DNA of 63,006 nt, filler included, from Octopus bimaculoides (taxonomy: Eukaryota): the NCBI RefSeq assembly GCF_001194135.2. It is 5 parts of 5 records of this genome, joined end to end, with 100 filler letters (N's around TTAATTAATTAA, not from the genome) between each part and the next. Parts side by side here need not be neighbours in the genome. Positions count along the whole stretch, not along the records: positions 6,013 to 32,197 come from NC_068985.1; positions 32,298 to 56,342 come from NC_068990.1; 3 more parts are not named here. One strand, given 5' to 3'. Both the position numbers and the translations under genes were made by a program. Shown piece by piece: positions 25,100 through 38,800 of this stretch (position 1 is its first letter; each line of letters begins with the position of its first letter). The notes under the pieces are model-generated. The model was not told where the DNA came from. It saw only the letters and a program-made list of their open reading frames with translations, and ran no database searches.

Positions 25100-27330
25100 T
25101 CAGCTTATGTGAGACAAGAATTTGCCTACGAACTTTGGTGGTTAAAGCGGAGGTTGGACCTTTAAGAGAATGCCTTTTGCTGAGCAGTGGTTCAGTAATG
25201 ATGTAGACTGACCACAGCTCTTATCCCAGGAGAACATCAGCAGATAATAGAGTAAGAAGAATAATGAGGAGGAAGTGGACCAGCGAAGAAAACAGGATAG
25301 TGATGCAGTGCTACTGAGGAAGTGAACCAAAAAAAGGGGTTATAGAAAACGGATGTTAAAACTTTGGGTAGAGAAGGGTATAATTAAAATGACTGAGCAG
25401 AGACAAGTAGACCAAGCTAATGCTGTTAGGAGAAGAACGTGGACGACAGAATTGGAGGTAGAAAAGTTCACAAGAGAACTGGAATAGAAAGACCAGGCAG
25501 TGGGAAAGACGAACAACAACATAAGAGATACAACTCAAACGAAAGAAGAACTAATGGAAAAAAATAATAGCACTACCAATAAAGAAGGGATAATTGGTAA
25601 CAGTGATTTAAGTGATTTAAGTGAGGAATATTAAAAGATTTTAGATGAGTTGCAGGAAGCAATGAGTAAAGAAGTAAGAAAAAGATTACCAGTATTGAAT
25701 GGTACCAACAGAAGGAAGCTGCTAGATATGACTAGGAAAGTAAAATCAGTTATCAGTAGGACAGATACTAAAAATATAGGTGACACTAACTTATTGATCT
25801 ATGCAGGAGTGGTAGTAATTACTAGATGATTAGATATTCCACAAGGAAATATTAGAAAAGAGCGAATGTGGATTATTTACAAAATAAAGTGAAGACTTTA
25901 AGACAAGATCTGAGTAGAATAGAAGCCTGGAAACTGAGCAAGATAGGAAAAACAAGATTTAAAACTTCACTTGAGAAACGATACTTAGTCAAAGTGAAAG
26001 GCTTTGGAACAGTAATAGAAGAGTTACAACAGCGTATCATAGCAGTAGCAGGTAAGCTTCCCAGATATCAGAAAAAAAAGATCAGAATCAGCAGAATAGA
26101 GTATTTGAGACAGACCAGAGGAAATTTTATAACCAAATAAATAGTGGAGAACAAAGTACTGAAGATGAGAAACCTAATGAAGAAGAAGCTAGAAATTTCT
26201 GGAGTAATAAGCCAGTCAATCATAACGAAGATGCAGTATGGTTAAAAAAAGTGAGGGAACAAATAGTCAGAAGCAGCCAGATATAAGATTAACTACTGCC
26301 TCAATGAGTAAAGCGTTAAGTAAAATACCGAATTGGAAGGGCCCAAGACCAGGTTTAGTTTAAGTGTACTGATTAAAGAAATTTGGTAGTTTACATGGGG
26401 TGGGGAGGGCTGAACGAATAATTTCAGGATTGCCTTAATAGAGGATTAATACCAGATTGGATGACTAGAAGAACACTACTGCTAATGAAAGACAAAAGCA
26501 AGGGTAATACAGTTAGCAATTATAGACCAATCACTTGCTTACCATTACTGTGGAAGCTGCTTACAGGAATGTTTTCAGAAAGCATTTACGAGCACCTTGA
26601 CAGCCAGAATTTGCTACAAGAAAAGCAGAAAGGTTGCAGAAAGAACGAACGCTAGAGGAACGCATGATCTATTAAATATAGTCAAAGCAGTTCTGAATGA
26701 AGCAAAATTTAGAAAAAAAATCTAACAATAGCATGAATAGATTATAAGGAAACATATGAAATGATCCCACACTCATGGATAAGTGAATGTCTGAGTATAT
26801 TCAGTAAAGCAGACAACAAGAGAATTAGCTTTAGTATGAAAAAGTGGCAAGTAGGTCTCTACTCAAGTCACACGTTATCTCCTTAATATTTGTCTTATTT
26901 CCCCCAGTTTAGTATTAAGGAAGACAAAGGTAGGGTATCATTTCAGAAATAGTAAAGGAAAAGATAATCCATTTGCTCTACATAGACGACCTGAAACTTT
27001 TTAGTAAGAATGAAAAAGAGACAGATTCCTTAATACAGACTGTACACCTCGTAAGCAAAGATATAGGTATGGAATTTGGACTAGATAAGTGTGCAATATT
27101 AGTCATGAAAAGGGGACAGGCAGTTAACAGTGAAGTTAACAGTGAAGTTACTGATAAATGACATGAACATGAACCTAGTATAGTACTAGAAAGTAAGAAA
27201 TATAAGAAGTTGTGGGACTTTAACAATCAGACGGAAAGACTAATAGAAGCTAGAAGGCCAACATGAGAGGTATAGAGAAATAGCAAAGTACCAGGACCTA
27301 GCCATTGAATTACAGACTATGGAAAGTGCT
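25100..27330 (+). mobile_element. R4/Dong-like non-LTR retrotransposon, decayed and internally deleted
   Basis: N-terminal Myb-like RRKWTSEENRIVMQCY...GYRKRML.LW; RT motifs NYRPITCLPLLWKLLT and HLLYIDDLKLFSK...GMEFGLDKCA; then a jump to KLWDF...RP and KYQDLAIEL. Confidence 0.88.
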
Positions 27331-28039
27331 ATCTGAATTAGTTCGTCTGGTCGCCTGTAGATCGAGCGAGTGGTCGCCGTTGGTTCTCTCGTAATACTGG
27401 TTTCTTCTAATTAATCTGCTTTATACTTTTTTGGTATTTAAGATTTTGAGAATTCGCATATTCACATCAATAATGAATGTAGTCCTAGATGTAAACTTAA
27501 AGCCCCTCCATATTAAACAACACTTTATATATATAAGAATGCACGTATGCATAGAAAACACATTTTGCTTCATGATACGCTAAACATTTCAACTAGCACA
27601 ATCAACTCCACACATTGAAATATCATTGTGACTATTTAACGAACACACAGGATAACTCGGATCAGTCACAATATATAAACAATAGCTATTTGGGCAACAA
27701 TCGATACCTCTACAATGGTACATATGTTAACACATTTGTAGGACCTTGTTTAAGTACACACTTAAGTTTATAACTAAATAAAAACGTATAAATTCTATGT
27801 TGATATTCTTTCGTCGATACTGGGTTTGAAACGACAGCGCTGCAGTATGAAATTTAGTACAATTTTTATATAAGACCCTAAAACCAGAATTTACTTTCTA
27901 TGACATTGGTTTCTACCTCACTGATGGATGCGGAATATTTCATAGCAGTGATGTTCACGCACTAAATACCTTTAGAATAAGAAAAAAAAAAAAATAAAAG
28001 CTTATAACTACCATGAGCATTATAGCTCTTAAATCATAG

Positions 28040-28560
28040 TGGCTATAAAAGTCACTAAATTTGAAGTCTTAGACACATTCCTGAACCTAGATTTAAGGTT
28101 TTACAAGCCATACCATAAACGAAATCAAATTCTTAGGTATATACGAATACTCGTGCATGCTCCACCTCTCTTTAAAATCCTTATAGCTTATAAAATATCT
28201 TTCTTTAATAAGATCTCTTCCTCTAAAGGAATTCTCACTACTATAATAGTGTTCTGGTCAACTGTGTTTTATTGAAAAGGTATCATCCATTTTGACCCAA
28301 ACAAGTACCAAGCCTAAAATAGATTTGAGAAAGTTTTATGAGTCACCCCATTAGTTTCTTCTTAGATGTAAATAAGAAATTCGTTCTTTTAAAAAGTGTT
28401 CTGCGAATGTTCCTTATCATGTAAGTCCTAATTCGAAAAGCATAAATTTCTGTAACTCACTCAAGATGCCCTCTCATGACTGTAGCTGGTTAGCTCAGTT
28501 TTCGTGAAGACATTTTTACCACCTTGCTGCTAAATAAGGTAAGCGAAATAAAAACATATT
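28040..28560 (+). mobile_element. Penelope-like RT C-terminal remnant
   Basis: TFLNLDL.FYKPYHK.NQILRYI...HAPP resembles the Penelope FLD..L...YKPY.KPN...YI...SNHP segment. Confidence 0.45.
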
Positions 28561-29483
28561 GGTTTCTGTGAAATTAACTTCCAAGAGAGATATTTTAAAC
28601 ACCAGTCTTCATTCAAAAAATGTAGACGAAAGGAAAAGCACAAAGATAAAGGTCTGCTACATAATTTGACAAATATTTATCATATCGGTTTGGCGCAGAA
28701 ATGTGGAGAAGACTATATTAAAACTCAACCCAAACGGAACAAATAAATAAATAAGATAAATCAATAGCCATTAAACTGTATCACAAGAAAAATTAGATAC
28801 AGTAAGCATTTAAATGAAACGCTCCAGCACTTTTAATGAAACAGCCTGAGAAGATGAAGAAACTCACACTTGAAACGCATGCGTTACGAAGTTAAAACTT
28901 AGCACTCAGATATATTAAAGCGCAACATACAGTACACCATAATGTAACACTACTTACAGAGGAATGACCCAGAAAGAGACGAAAATGTATTGGACAGCAA
29001 TAAAAATCTGTCACAAACAGAGAAAATGGAAGCATCAGTAATCCAATGATAATTAAGAAATGTCCAAGGTATAGATGTCACAATGTAGCTAATTGTTGTT
29101 TTAAGGAAAGCCTGCCGCAATAGTAAACCAGAGTAGCGGAAACAACAAAACGTAAAATTAACCTGAAAATTATAAATTTATTGAAAGGAAATTTAAATAT
29201 CGATCTCTTATTAAAGATTCAAATATCTTCCCACACTTATCCCAAATAAAACCAAACTAAATGCGGACATTCAAGACTTTATCATATGCCTTCACACAAG
29301 AGAACTTTTCAGCAAGTGAACTGATTTTAAATGTTATCTTTACATAGAGAAATAGAAGAGTATTTGAATTTTGATATAGATGCTGTATCAAAATTCCATA
29401 ATTATATCCATAATTACAAACGAACCCTTCAGACATAAAATAATGAAGTTCTACAGATGTTGAAAAAAGATAATTAATTATAC

Positions 29484-29645
29484 ACGCAGGAGTGGCTGTG
29501 TGGTAAGTAGCTTGCTTACCAACCAAATGGTCCCGGGTTCGGTCTCACTGCGTGTCACCTTGGGAAAGAGTCTTCTACTATAGCCTCGGGCCAACCGACG
29601 TCTTGTGAGTAGATTTGGCAGACGGAAACTGGAAGAAGCCCGTTA

Positions 29646-29723
<78 letters not shown>

Positions 29724-29926
29724 TGTATATGTTTGTTTGTCCCCCAGCATCGCTTGACAAACGATGCTTGTGTGTTTGCGTCCCCATAGCTTAGCGGTTC
29801 GGCAAAAGAGACCGATAGAATAAGTACTAGACTTACAAAGAATAAGTCCTGGGGTCGATTTGGTCGACTATAAAAGCGGTGCTCCAGCATGGCCACAGTC
29901 AAATGACTGAACCAAGTAAAGAGTAA
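29484..29926 (+). mobile_element. SINE family A, full length and gap-free
   Basis: A-box TGGCTGTGTGG (29493-29503), B-box GGTTCGGTCTC (29536-29546), internal (TA)n(TG)n, conserved 3' half, AAGTAAAGAGT tail. Confidence 0.94.
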
Positions 29927-30329
29927 CTTATCTTTAAAGATGCTTCTAAGGCCCGGAATACATTTACGTATGCTCAATCATATATCTGAAAGCATATTTT
30001 GTATAACATTTTCTACAAAATAGATTTGAATTATTATTATAGCTCTTAACAGGTTTCGCTTTTCACATGAATTCATGTATTTTGCAGTATATACTGTATC
30101 AGCATTATATACTATCTGCTCCATATTTTAAAATCGAAGTTTACAGCATTAAAATTAATCAAGGCGGAATTAATTGATTAATATTGCAAATATATTTATA
30201 GTCAAATATTTTGCCTGACGTGAATTTTGTTAGTAGAATAGCTAATGCATTAGCTACTACATTTATTACAACAAAGCTTCCAGATTTGTGATGAGCCTTG
30301 CATTGCTAATTTTACCAATACTGCAGCGA

Positions 30330-30800
30330 TACACTCACATCTAGCAGCAAACCGTCCTGGGACTGTTACATATTCGATATTCTGTTACATATTCGATATT
30401 CATGAGAGAATCAAAAGAAAGGTTACTCGAATAATTCGCATAATTCAGCTGCAGGAATTTCGCAGATTCTGGACCATAGACATGCATGTGATAGTCTCAC
30501 ATGTAGCAGCAAACATTCCTGAGTCTATTGCTACATATCTGATATTCTAGAAAGCATCAAACGAAAAGTTAGTTGAGTAATTCGCATAATACAATTGCAG
30601 GCACTTGTCAGCTTCTGGTCCACAGACATGCAATTTCTAACTCTAATTGAATGGCATCAGCACCTACGAGTTGGTTAATCTTGTACCACCTACACTCAGA
30701 AAATCCCGAGGTGCTCATCACACCTGCACCTCTCATTGTGTAGGTTGTATACACTGTTCACCGTTAAACATACTTTACTCTGTCCCGACAATATAATCTT
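30330..30800 (+). mobile_element. L2/Crack-like LINE 3' remnant with an old tandem duplication of about 165 bp
   Basis: Two diverged copies of CACAT.TAGCAGCAAAC...TACATAT..GATATTC...GAATCAAA...TAATTCGCATAAT...CAGACATGCA, then NG...ELVNLVPP. Includes an exact internal duplication of CTGTTACATATTCGATATT. Confidence 0.5.
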
Positions 30801-32241
30801 CATAAAAATGGAAATATAATTAATTTAATTCCATGTGTTAATTTCATATTTTACGTATTTAAATATGTATTTCCAACCATCCAACTAATCCATCCAGTAT
30901 TCCTGAGAGGGTGGTACGTGTACAGTCATCAGGCATCACCCCTATGGTGTTCTGTCAAAAGCAACAATAATAAAACTTGAAGGTTGTATTCCCAAGCATG
31001 ACCAACTGAGACCATATATATTATCCAACCCTCTCGTTCTGGGTCTACTTCTGGAGGAAATATGTATATATAAAATAATAAAGATATATGAAAGGCAGCT
31101 CAATTTGTGCAACGCATGTTTCTATCACGTGGTTATATAACTTAAAATAATATTACATAATCGTGCACCCACAACATTTCATTAGGTAACAATCAATATT
31201 TTACCAGTAAAATTGATCAGCTATATACAAATATATATAACTTTGACACTTGTGTTTCGATAAATTTCTTTTTGAGCAGTAAGTTTTTATTTAAAACCCA
31301 ATTTAAAATTCCTTAGGAGATTTACCACTAACATTTAACACGGGCTCAATGTAACAAATTGAGGTTTTTTGTAAGTGCAGGGAGAAACTGATTGCACAAA
31401 TAGTTGATCTTTAGCCGTCATAAAAATGTCTAATGTAATTTCTAAGCGTTTATAATAATATGTTCTTTTTAGTCCAGAAAGTAATTACATCGGGGAAAAA
31501 GTAACCAGATTACGCTGATGCCCTATTAGCCACCAACATCTACTAGAGTGCTTTGCAATTTTTCTCCACTGCATTCACTTTAATCGAAAGACGTTATTTT
31601 AGTAAATCAAGAATTCACAGCTCGTTAAGTTGTGTGAATTTTAGTTGAAATTTTCACCTATGTGTTATACTCGTATGATGAAGCTCAAAGTGACAATTTA
31701 TTTAAGAATAATTGATACCTACATTTGTTGGATAAATAGTACTTGTCATAACCTGTTACTCTGCAAATTCCTTCTACAGACACCAATCAAATACATAGAG
31801 CAGCTAAATTAAATTCCATTTGATTCTTTTCCAAAACAGATAAAAAATCTTATATTCATTTTATACAATATTTCAATTCATTTGAGACATAAATACATAA
31901 ATTACTGGAGCATAATTTCATCAAACATCTTGCCCCATATAATGATCTAATGTATATCTCACGCGCAATCTCAAAATAAGGAGATTAATATGAAATATCT
32001 GAAATTACTCATCAATACTAAGCAATATATACTAAGGTAAAATAGCACACACAAACAATACAAGCGAGTACATACTATAATAGTCATATATTCACATGAA
32101 TTTGTATGTATTCTTACATACATACACACATACACACACAAATATATATACAAATAAATGAATAAATAAATAATTATATATATATATATATATATATNNN
32201 NNNNNNNNNNNNNNNNNNNNNNNNNNNNNNNNNNNNNNNNN

Positions 32242-32253
32242 TTAATTAATTAA
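32242..32253. other. Artificial scaffold-join linker TTAATTAATTAA
   Basis: 44 N on each side. Confidence 0.95.
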
Positions 32254-32297
32254 NNNNNNNNNNNNNNNNNNNNNNNNNNNNNNNNNNNNNNNNNNNN

Positions 32298-32534
32298 CAT
32301 CTACCTGAAGGGGTTTGTGTTTTATCTACCTTCCTACTTATTAGGATTTTGGTTTTAGCTAGGTTGACTCTAAGGCCCTTCAATTCTAGACCTTGCTTCC
32401 ACACCTGAAACTTCTCCTCTAGTTCTGATAGTGACTCCGCAATTAGGGCAAGGTCATCAGCATAGAGGAGCTCCCAGGGGCAACCTGTCTTGAACTCCTC
32501 TGTGATTGCCTGGAGGACTATGGTAAATAATAGG
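32298..32534 (-). mobile_element. RTE-clade LINE RT fragment, 5'-truncated, with a fold-back 5' junction
   Basis: LLFTIVLQAITEEFKTGCPWELLYADDLALIAES...GLRVNLAKTK. Perfect 38-bp inverted repeat at 32479-32516 and 32535-32572. Confidence 0.9.
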
Positions 32535-32769
32535 CCTCCAGGCAATCACAGAGGAGTTCAAGACAGGTTGCCTCCTCTGTGATATTAAGATTAATTAAAA
32601 TGACACCCTTAATGGGCAGGGGTTCAGATTTTGAGTGATTAAATTTCTTAGATTGCTATATTAAGTTTTGAGTGTCCATATTTATTTACATTTTTATCTT
32701 ACACGTTTTACTTGTTTCAGTCGTTAAATGATAATGAAATTAGAATCATTTTAGTTTTCCGTTCTGATT

Positions 32770-33235
32770 TCAGTAAAATGATGTGTCTTACCACGGCTAG
32801 CCATATTTAGTTACATCCTTTTACATTCTGCATTCAAATCCCAGCAAGATGTACTTTGTCTATTTTGCTTCAGATAAAACAAGTACATGTACTGAGATTG
32901 ATTTACTCTTTTGTATTCTCACTGCAGAATGTGTAGCCATGTGCTAATGCTGGAAAAGGTTATCTTTAATATTTCTAACATCAACAATAGTTATCATTAT
33001 TATTGTGGTGTGGTGATATAAGGGTGATGGATTCATAGAATCATTAGAGCATCAGACAAAATGTATTGTAGTATTTGTTCTGGCTCTTTACCTTCTGATT
33101 TTACATCTTGCTGAGGTCAACTTTGCTATTAATCCTATCAAACCCAATAAAATAGAAAACCAGATTTAGTTGACAAACTCTACTTCCCAAATTGTAGACT
33201 TGTGCTTTATGAGCAATTATTATTATTGTTGTTGT
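32770..33235 (+). mobile_element. Two decayed SINE family B copies, head to tail
   Basis: Two successive CATTC/TTCTG..TTCAAAT...CTTTG...ATAAAA...GTAC units, each followed by ATT-rich sequence. Confidence 0.55.
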
Positions 33236-33274
33236 TACTATTTTTCATTGATTTAAATTAAACTTTAACTCCAG

Positions 33275-33514
33275 ATGTCCAGAACCATTTTGTGAAAATC
33301 CGTAATACAATTCTGGTTTTGTCCTCGAAAACATTGTGGGATACCGAAAATGTATCACCAGAAGACTGTGCAGCAAAATGTTGGTCTGATAAAAGGTGTT
33401 TGTCATTTGAAATCAGTAAAAAAAGAGGAAGATGTTTCTTATCAAAGGAAAATGCAGCTATCTTCAGGGAAATAAGGAGAACTAAGGGAAGAGATTACTA
33501 CCAACGGGTAAAAC
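33275..33514 (+). CDS. PAN-PAN-sushi-GON protein, exon encoding PAN/apple domain 1 (phase 1-1; upstream exons not seen)
   Basis: Acceptor ccag, donor C|gtaaat, 240 nt. ...SPEDCAAKCWSDKRCLSFEISKKRGRCFLS...RDYYQR has the PAN C-x3-C...C.SF...C.L...DYY pattern. Confidence 0.85.
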
Positions 33515-34372
33515 GTAAATATTCTTTGTATTTTATTACAGGAACTTTGTTACTCTTTTCCATTTATATTCCATAATTATAGAGACAACCATTTCTGTAA
33601 AAATATTAGCTGGTTTGACCTACATGCACAGACATAGACATGTTCCAGAAATAAGCAATATCAGAAACACTAAATACTGTGTGGGCATTCTCATACCGCA
33701 TTTATTCACCTTGAACACTCTTATGCATGTTTTCTATTATTATTATTATTATTGTTATTATTATTATATAGATATAGATATTTTTAGAATATTAGATAAT
33801 CATGCAGAAGCATCATGTAATTGAAATTTGATTAAGATATTAGAAAGTTATCTGGTGCATTATTTTTAAATGATCAATTTATTATAAAAATATAATCCAT
33901 TCACAAAATAATTTGTCAGCATAAGACAACTTTTCAGAATGACTGTGAATTGTAGTATATCATGACACACACACAAAAGCTTGCCTGCATGTTTTGACTG
34001 TAGATCATCCGTCTATATACCCCTCTCCTGATGGTCTGCTTTTGTGTAAGACTGAATGACCATAACAACACTGGACATGTTGCTTGACCACCTGTCTAAG
34101 GGAGTCTTGATCCCACAAATGTAAACCATCAGAGGAAGGATGTACAAATGGATTACTACAACTTTTATGCTGAGACAAGGTTTTAAGTGGGTCCCAAGAT
34201 GTTCAACAACTAACATGAACTCTAACTAGAGTGTCACTTTATAGATCAATTATTTGTTTATTATAAATTGTTCATTTAAAGAATTACAGCAATGTTTTTG
34301 TTTATTTAAAATGTGTCTGTTTATCAGTGGGGGTATAACATATATTTTTTGATTTTTCTTTTTTGCTTTCAG

Positions 34373-34606
34373 CCAATGAGAAACTTATTATATTTAAAAA
34401 AGGTAGCATACAAGGATATGACAATCTTGGACACTATAAAAATGTGAGTTTAAAGAAGTGTAAGCAAACTTGTCGGAAACATCCAGAATGTAATTCATTT
34501 GAATATAAAGAAGAAACAAAGTTATGTGATCTGAGCAACGTCACTCACCTGACTAATGACATTAAATCCAACAGATGGGGCTGGGATATTTACATCTTTA
34601 ATCCAG
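34373..34606 (+). CDS. PAN-PAN-sushi-GON protein, exon encoding PAN/apple domain 2 (phase 1-1)
   Basis: Long polypyrimidine tract plus ttcag, donor G|gtcagt, 234 nt. SLKKCKQTCRKHPECNSFEYKEETKLCDLS...WDIY. Confidence 0.88.
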
Positions 34607-35664
34607 GTCAGTAGAGTGTTTCTATTTTATTGTTTATATACTAAACCATTATAAGAGAAATACATATACTAACAATTTAAAGCTGACCCAACAAGATTGT
34701 AATTTTAGAAACCAATCATAATGCCCACTACTTAATAAGTGCCACTCAAAAGAGCTCATCTACAAAGTCAAAGTTCAAAATAATGAAGACACTGTAAAAT
34801 TGTATTTAGACTTCGCAGAAAACACTTTTAGGCCTGTTTTACGCAATCCATAACAGTTGTAGAAGGAATTCTACATCGTTGTCTAAGTACACCTGACACC
34901 TAAAGGACAAGAGTATAAACAATCCTACAATCAAGTGGAGCACTTTAGCTAAGGAAGTGCCTATGATGGATGAGGTAGAAGATATAATTTGTGTGTAACT
35001 GAAGAACTGCACAGCCTGTCTACAACCAGTATCCTAAACTCAAAAGAGGAAACATTTGCCCCCTAACTTAATGTGAGGAAATTTAGTCTCCATTATTTAA
35101 ACATAATTCCATCTGCAAACAGGATAGCAGTAATCCTGAATGCAGATTTCTACTCACAGGGCCTCCTGTTTTCATCTCTCACTGTCATTGCAATTGTCTC
35201 CCTGCTCCTTTTTTTCAATGACTTCATTATTGTCCCGATTGCCACAATCAGAACTGCTGTTAGTAACAGTACATATACACTTCACATGGCTGATTTTAGA
35301 TCCAAACCCTTTCAACAATACAACTATATCTGCCATCTATCCCTCTTTATTCATACTTTATCTGCTGGTTACCTGTATCACTACTTATGTCTAATACCTT
35401 GATTACCTTTGCTATCATCTTATATTGCACCCTTATATAATCTAACCCCCTTCATTTGCTGTAAATGGTATACTTCAAATACCTGTTTCCTCTTCTTTTT
35501 CTATTTCTTTTTGTATATATCCAAATGTCTTTATGCGTAGATGTTAAATTTTTCAGTTTGTTTCACTCAGTATATTTCTTTCTAAATGTCTCATTATCTT
35601 TGTATTCTCACTTTCCTCCTGACACACTTTCAACATTGGTATCAATTTCTCTTATCAATTTCAG

Positions 35665-35835
35665 GTTACCGGAAGATTGACTGTGGAACTCCAAAAGACC
35701 TTGCTCGTGCATTGAAGGTCTACACGAACACTACCTATGAATCTGAAGTGACCTATATTTGCCCAATGGGAGAAAAACTTACATCAACATGTGAAATGAA
35801 CAATGAATGGACTTTAGTTGAGCCTACTTGTAAAA
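35665..35835 (+). CDS. PAN-PAN-sushi-GON protein, sushi/CCP exon (phase 1-1)
   Basis: tttcag acceptor, A|gtaaca donor, 171 nt. IDCGTP...TTYESEVTYICPMG...TCEMNNEWTLVEPTC has four Cys plus the conserved Trp. Confidence 0.88.
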
Positions 35836-36955
35836 GTAACATAGATTCTCTCTTGTTGCCTCTGCCAATGTAATTTTGTTTTATCATTGTGTTAAATGTC
35901 CAAGAGGAAGAACTATGACCGTTTTTACTGTTTGTGGTTAGTGGGAAGGAGAGAGGAAGTTGTTCCCAAACTAGAAACCTCCCAAAATGCTTGCAACACA
36001 ATGGATTCCATTAATTCTATCCAAGGGTCGGCAACAACACCAAATTGGGCAATGGATTGTCTGTAATTCAAAAAACTAGACAGGTGGAATCATATTTCCT
36101 TTAACAGGATTCAACACAGTTTCCATTTAACAAATCTTATCCTCAAGATTTAGTATAGAAGCAAATTTTTAACCATGCAGGGAAAACTGCAGCCAATTCA
36201 AGTACTTTTTTGATATTTTCAAGTTCATTTGTATACTTATTTCCATTTTAACACTAGACCTCTTATTCTCCTGGTAACATTCTTCTATATGTAGGAAGCT
36301 CTATTAATCATCTTCATAACCTATTATGGCATCTATAAACCACTTTTTGGTGGGACATCTTTCACTTTCATCTTTGCTAGTCTTTTTCTCTTTAAGAAAG
36401 AAATTGACAAAAATTCCTCTGTCTTTATATTACTGATACACATCAATTTCTCTGAAAGGCTTGCTACAAGAAGCAAAAGTTTTTTCGGACCCCAAATGTT
36501 TCTCAGATATTTTCCCACCTATCCATGCATTAAGTTTACAGAACAGCTAAATTTCATTTTGATGCATCAGAAGTTCACAGTGCATTTGTTAACATTATTT
36601 CACACGCTATATTAAGAAAAAAATTGCATTGTCTTCTCATCTATAATATTACAGTCCATCTAAATAATTCACCATTTACCAACACAAGAGAAACTGCTTG
36701 AGGCAGCTTTGTTATGTTTAGCAGCGGTTATTGTTGTTGTTCTTATGGTTGTGTTGAAACTAAAACAGTTGCATTGGTGTAGTGTCATGCTATATGTCCC
36801 ACCCTTCATGTATCCACCTCTGTATTGCCTTCCAAAGCATTTTCAACTCAATAATCAGGAATATCATGCTATTACAAAATAAAACAAAGGGGAATAAAAT
36901 GGTGTATGTGTGTTTTAAACATCTATTTAAAATTTTTATTATCATTATTTTACAG

Positions 36956-37227
36956 AACCTATGTCATGCAAAGACATAAAAATGTGTGGTAGGGATGCAA
37001 CTGATGGGGAATACTGGATCTACCCCTCTGTCCTTAACCATAAAAGATTAAAGGTTTACTGTCATGACATGGAAACAGATAAGCCAAAAGAATTTATCAC
37101 CTTACCACATGAAAATTTTGCATATGTACCAGCTTTGAAACCATTCCATTTATGCATGAACCGCTTTGATGAAACAATTAGCAAACCAGGGAAAACTATT
37201 TTTAAGAAAGTTCGAATTTATCCAGAG
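36956..37227 (+). CDS. PAN-PAN-sushi-GON protein, GON domain exon 1 (phase 1-0)
   Basis: tttacag acceptor, GAG|gtaaat donor. PMSCKDIK...DGEYWIY...KVYCHDMETDKPKEFITL..ENFA...T.F.KVRI matches the GON N-terminal pattern. Confidence 0.88.
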
Positions 37228-37628
37228 GTAAATGTTTAATTGTTTAATTTTCATGATGTTTTCTATAAATATAAAAACTTAGTGATTTGTTGATCTGGAA
37301 ATTTTTGATTCAGCCAAGAAAACTAATTGTGCACGCACACACACACACCCATGTATATTTATTTGTATATATGACAAACAGTCATTCATTTCCTCTCAAT
37401 ATAAGCCAAAAAAACAGGGTCTGGAAGATGCACATCATGACAGCACACCTTTGATGCAAGTCTGATGAAGTGCCTCTCTAATGTCTAAAATTGCAAACAT
37501 TACGGAAATTTTCACTTCGTATTTTTACATAAACTGGTGTTGCAAGTATAACTGGTACAGAAACAATTGTAATGAATCATTAAACTTTGGCTTCTTCTCA
37601 TTATTTGTATATACACACACACATATGC

Positions 37629-37665
<37 letters not shown>

Positions 37666-37677
37666 AGGAGAGAGAGC

Positions 37678-37719
<42 letters not shown>

Positions 37720-37792
37720 CACACACACACACACACAGACAGACAAACAGACAGACAGGCAGACAGACAGACAGACAGACAGACAAAGATAC

Positions 37793-37920
37793 ATCATCAT
37801 CATTATCGTCATTTAACACCTGTTTTCCATGCTAGCATGGGTTGGATCATCATCATCATCATCATCGTTTAACGTCCGCTTTCCATGCTAGCATGGGTTG
37901 GACGATTTGACTGAGGACTG
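37793..37920 (-). mobile_element. Two stacked RTE-type 3' termini with (CAT)n tails
   Basis: (CAT)n-TTTAAC..C.G.TTTCCATGCTAGCATGGGTTGGA occurs twice in tandem and is the reverse complement of the RTE end at 55950-56000. Confidence 0.75.
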
Positions 37921-37974
37921 AAGTGAATAAACTGGCTAATGATGTAATTTTTACCTTTATTATTCTGTCCACAG

Positions 37975-38151
37975 GAAATGGTTCTCGACAGATTTGATTT
38001 TACATTCACAGAACTTGAAAAAGGCAAAGGAAAACACAAACGAGGTTTTGGTGCTGCTGAAGATTGCTTGTATGGTAAATCAAGTTACTGCAAAAGTAAA
38101 GGGGAAATGAAGGTTGATCTAACACACACTGGTCTCATCCTTGGAGATTCG
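37975..38151 (+). CDS. PAN-PAN-sushi-GON protein, GON domain exon 2 (phase 0-0)
   Basis: ccacag acceptor, TCG|gtatga donor, 177 nt. DFTFT...FGAAEDCL...C.SKGEMKVDLTHTGL. Confidence 0.87.
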
Positions 38152-38800
38152 GTATGATTTATTTACTTATTTATTATTGTTGGAACCATAAGTTCAAATT
38201 TTATAAGAATTTCTGTTAACTTTGATTCAGTTAAGCATATGGATAGTGATAGCACTATCCCAAATGTAGAAACAGTTTAAAAGATATAAGCTGGCTTACC
38301 ACCTAGTTTCAGACCAGTCGCAGTGGAACCGTGTTAGTGACCAAGTTGCAGAGAGTGCAATGAAAATATCAATTCCACACAATAAAGTTAACAGATTTAG
38401 GGTGTTTTTGAAATACTAAAATGAGTCTTTTATGCTTTAGTTGCTTTGGTTTCAACACAAAGTCTCAGATAAAATCATTAACTCTGGAATTATTTTTGAT
38501 ATTTCAACCCTATTTTCCCTGTTCCCTGTTTAAAGTGGTTGCTTTCTTGGACCAAATGTTTTTAGAGATGGGTGTTCTTTCTTTTATAAACTGGAGTAAC
38601 TAGAGATATAAGCCTTGCTCAGTGACTCAAACACAATGGCTATAAAGGTAACAAGATTTGATTTTGTGACCTCCTGATTTGTCATTGAATACATTTACTT
38701 CACAACTATTGTGATTCCTATCTATTTTGTTTCTCAGAATGTTAATAATGTGATTATTATAACTTTGTGTTGATCCTATCTACTATTTTCATAACTTTAG

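Noticed and set aside
29484-29560. A-box/B-box region as a tRNA gene
   Set aside because: No complete cloverleaf, and it continues into the SINE body in every copy.
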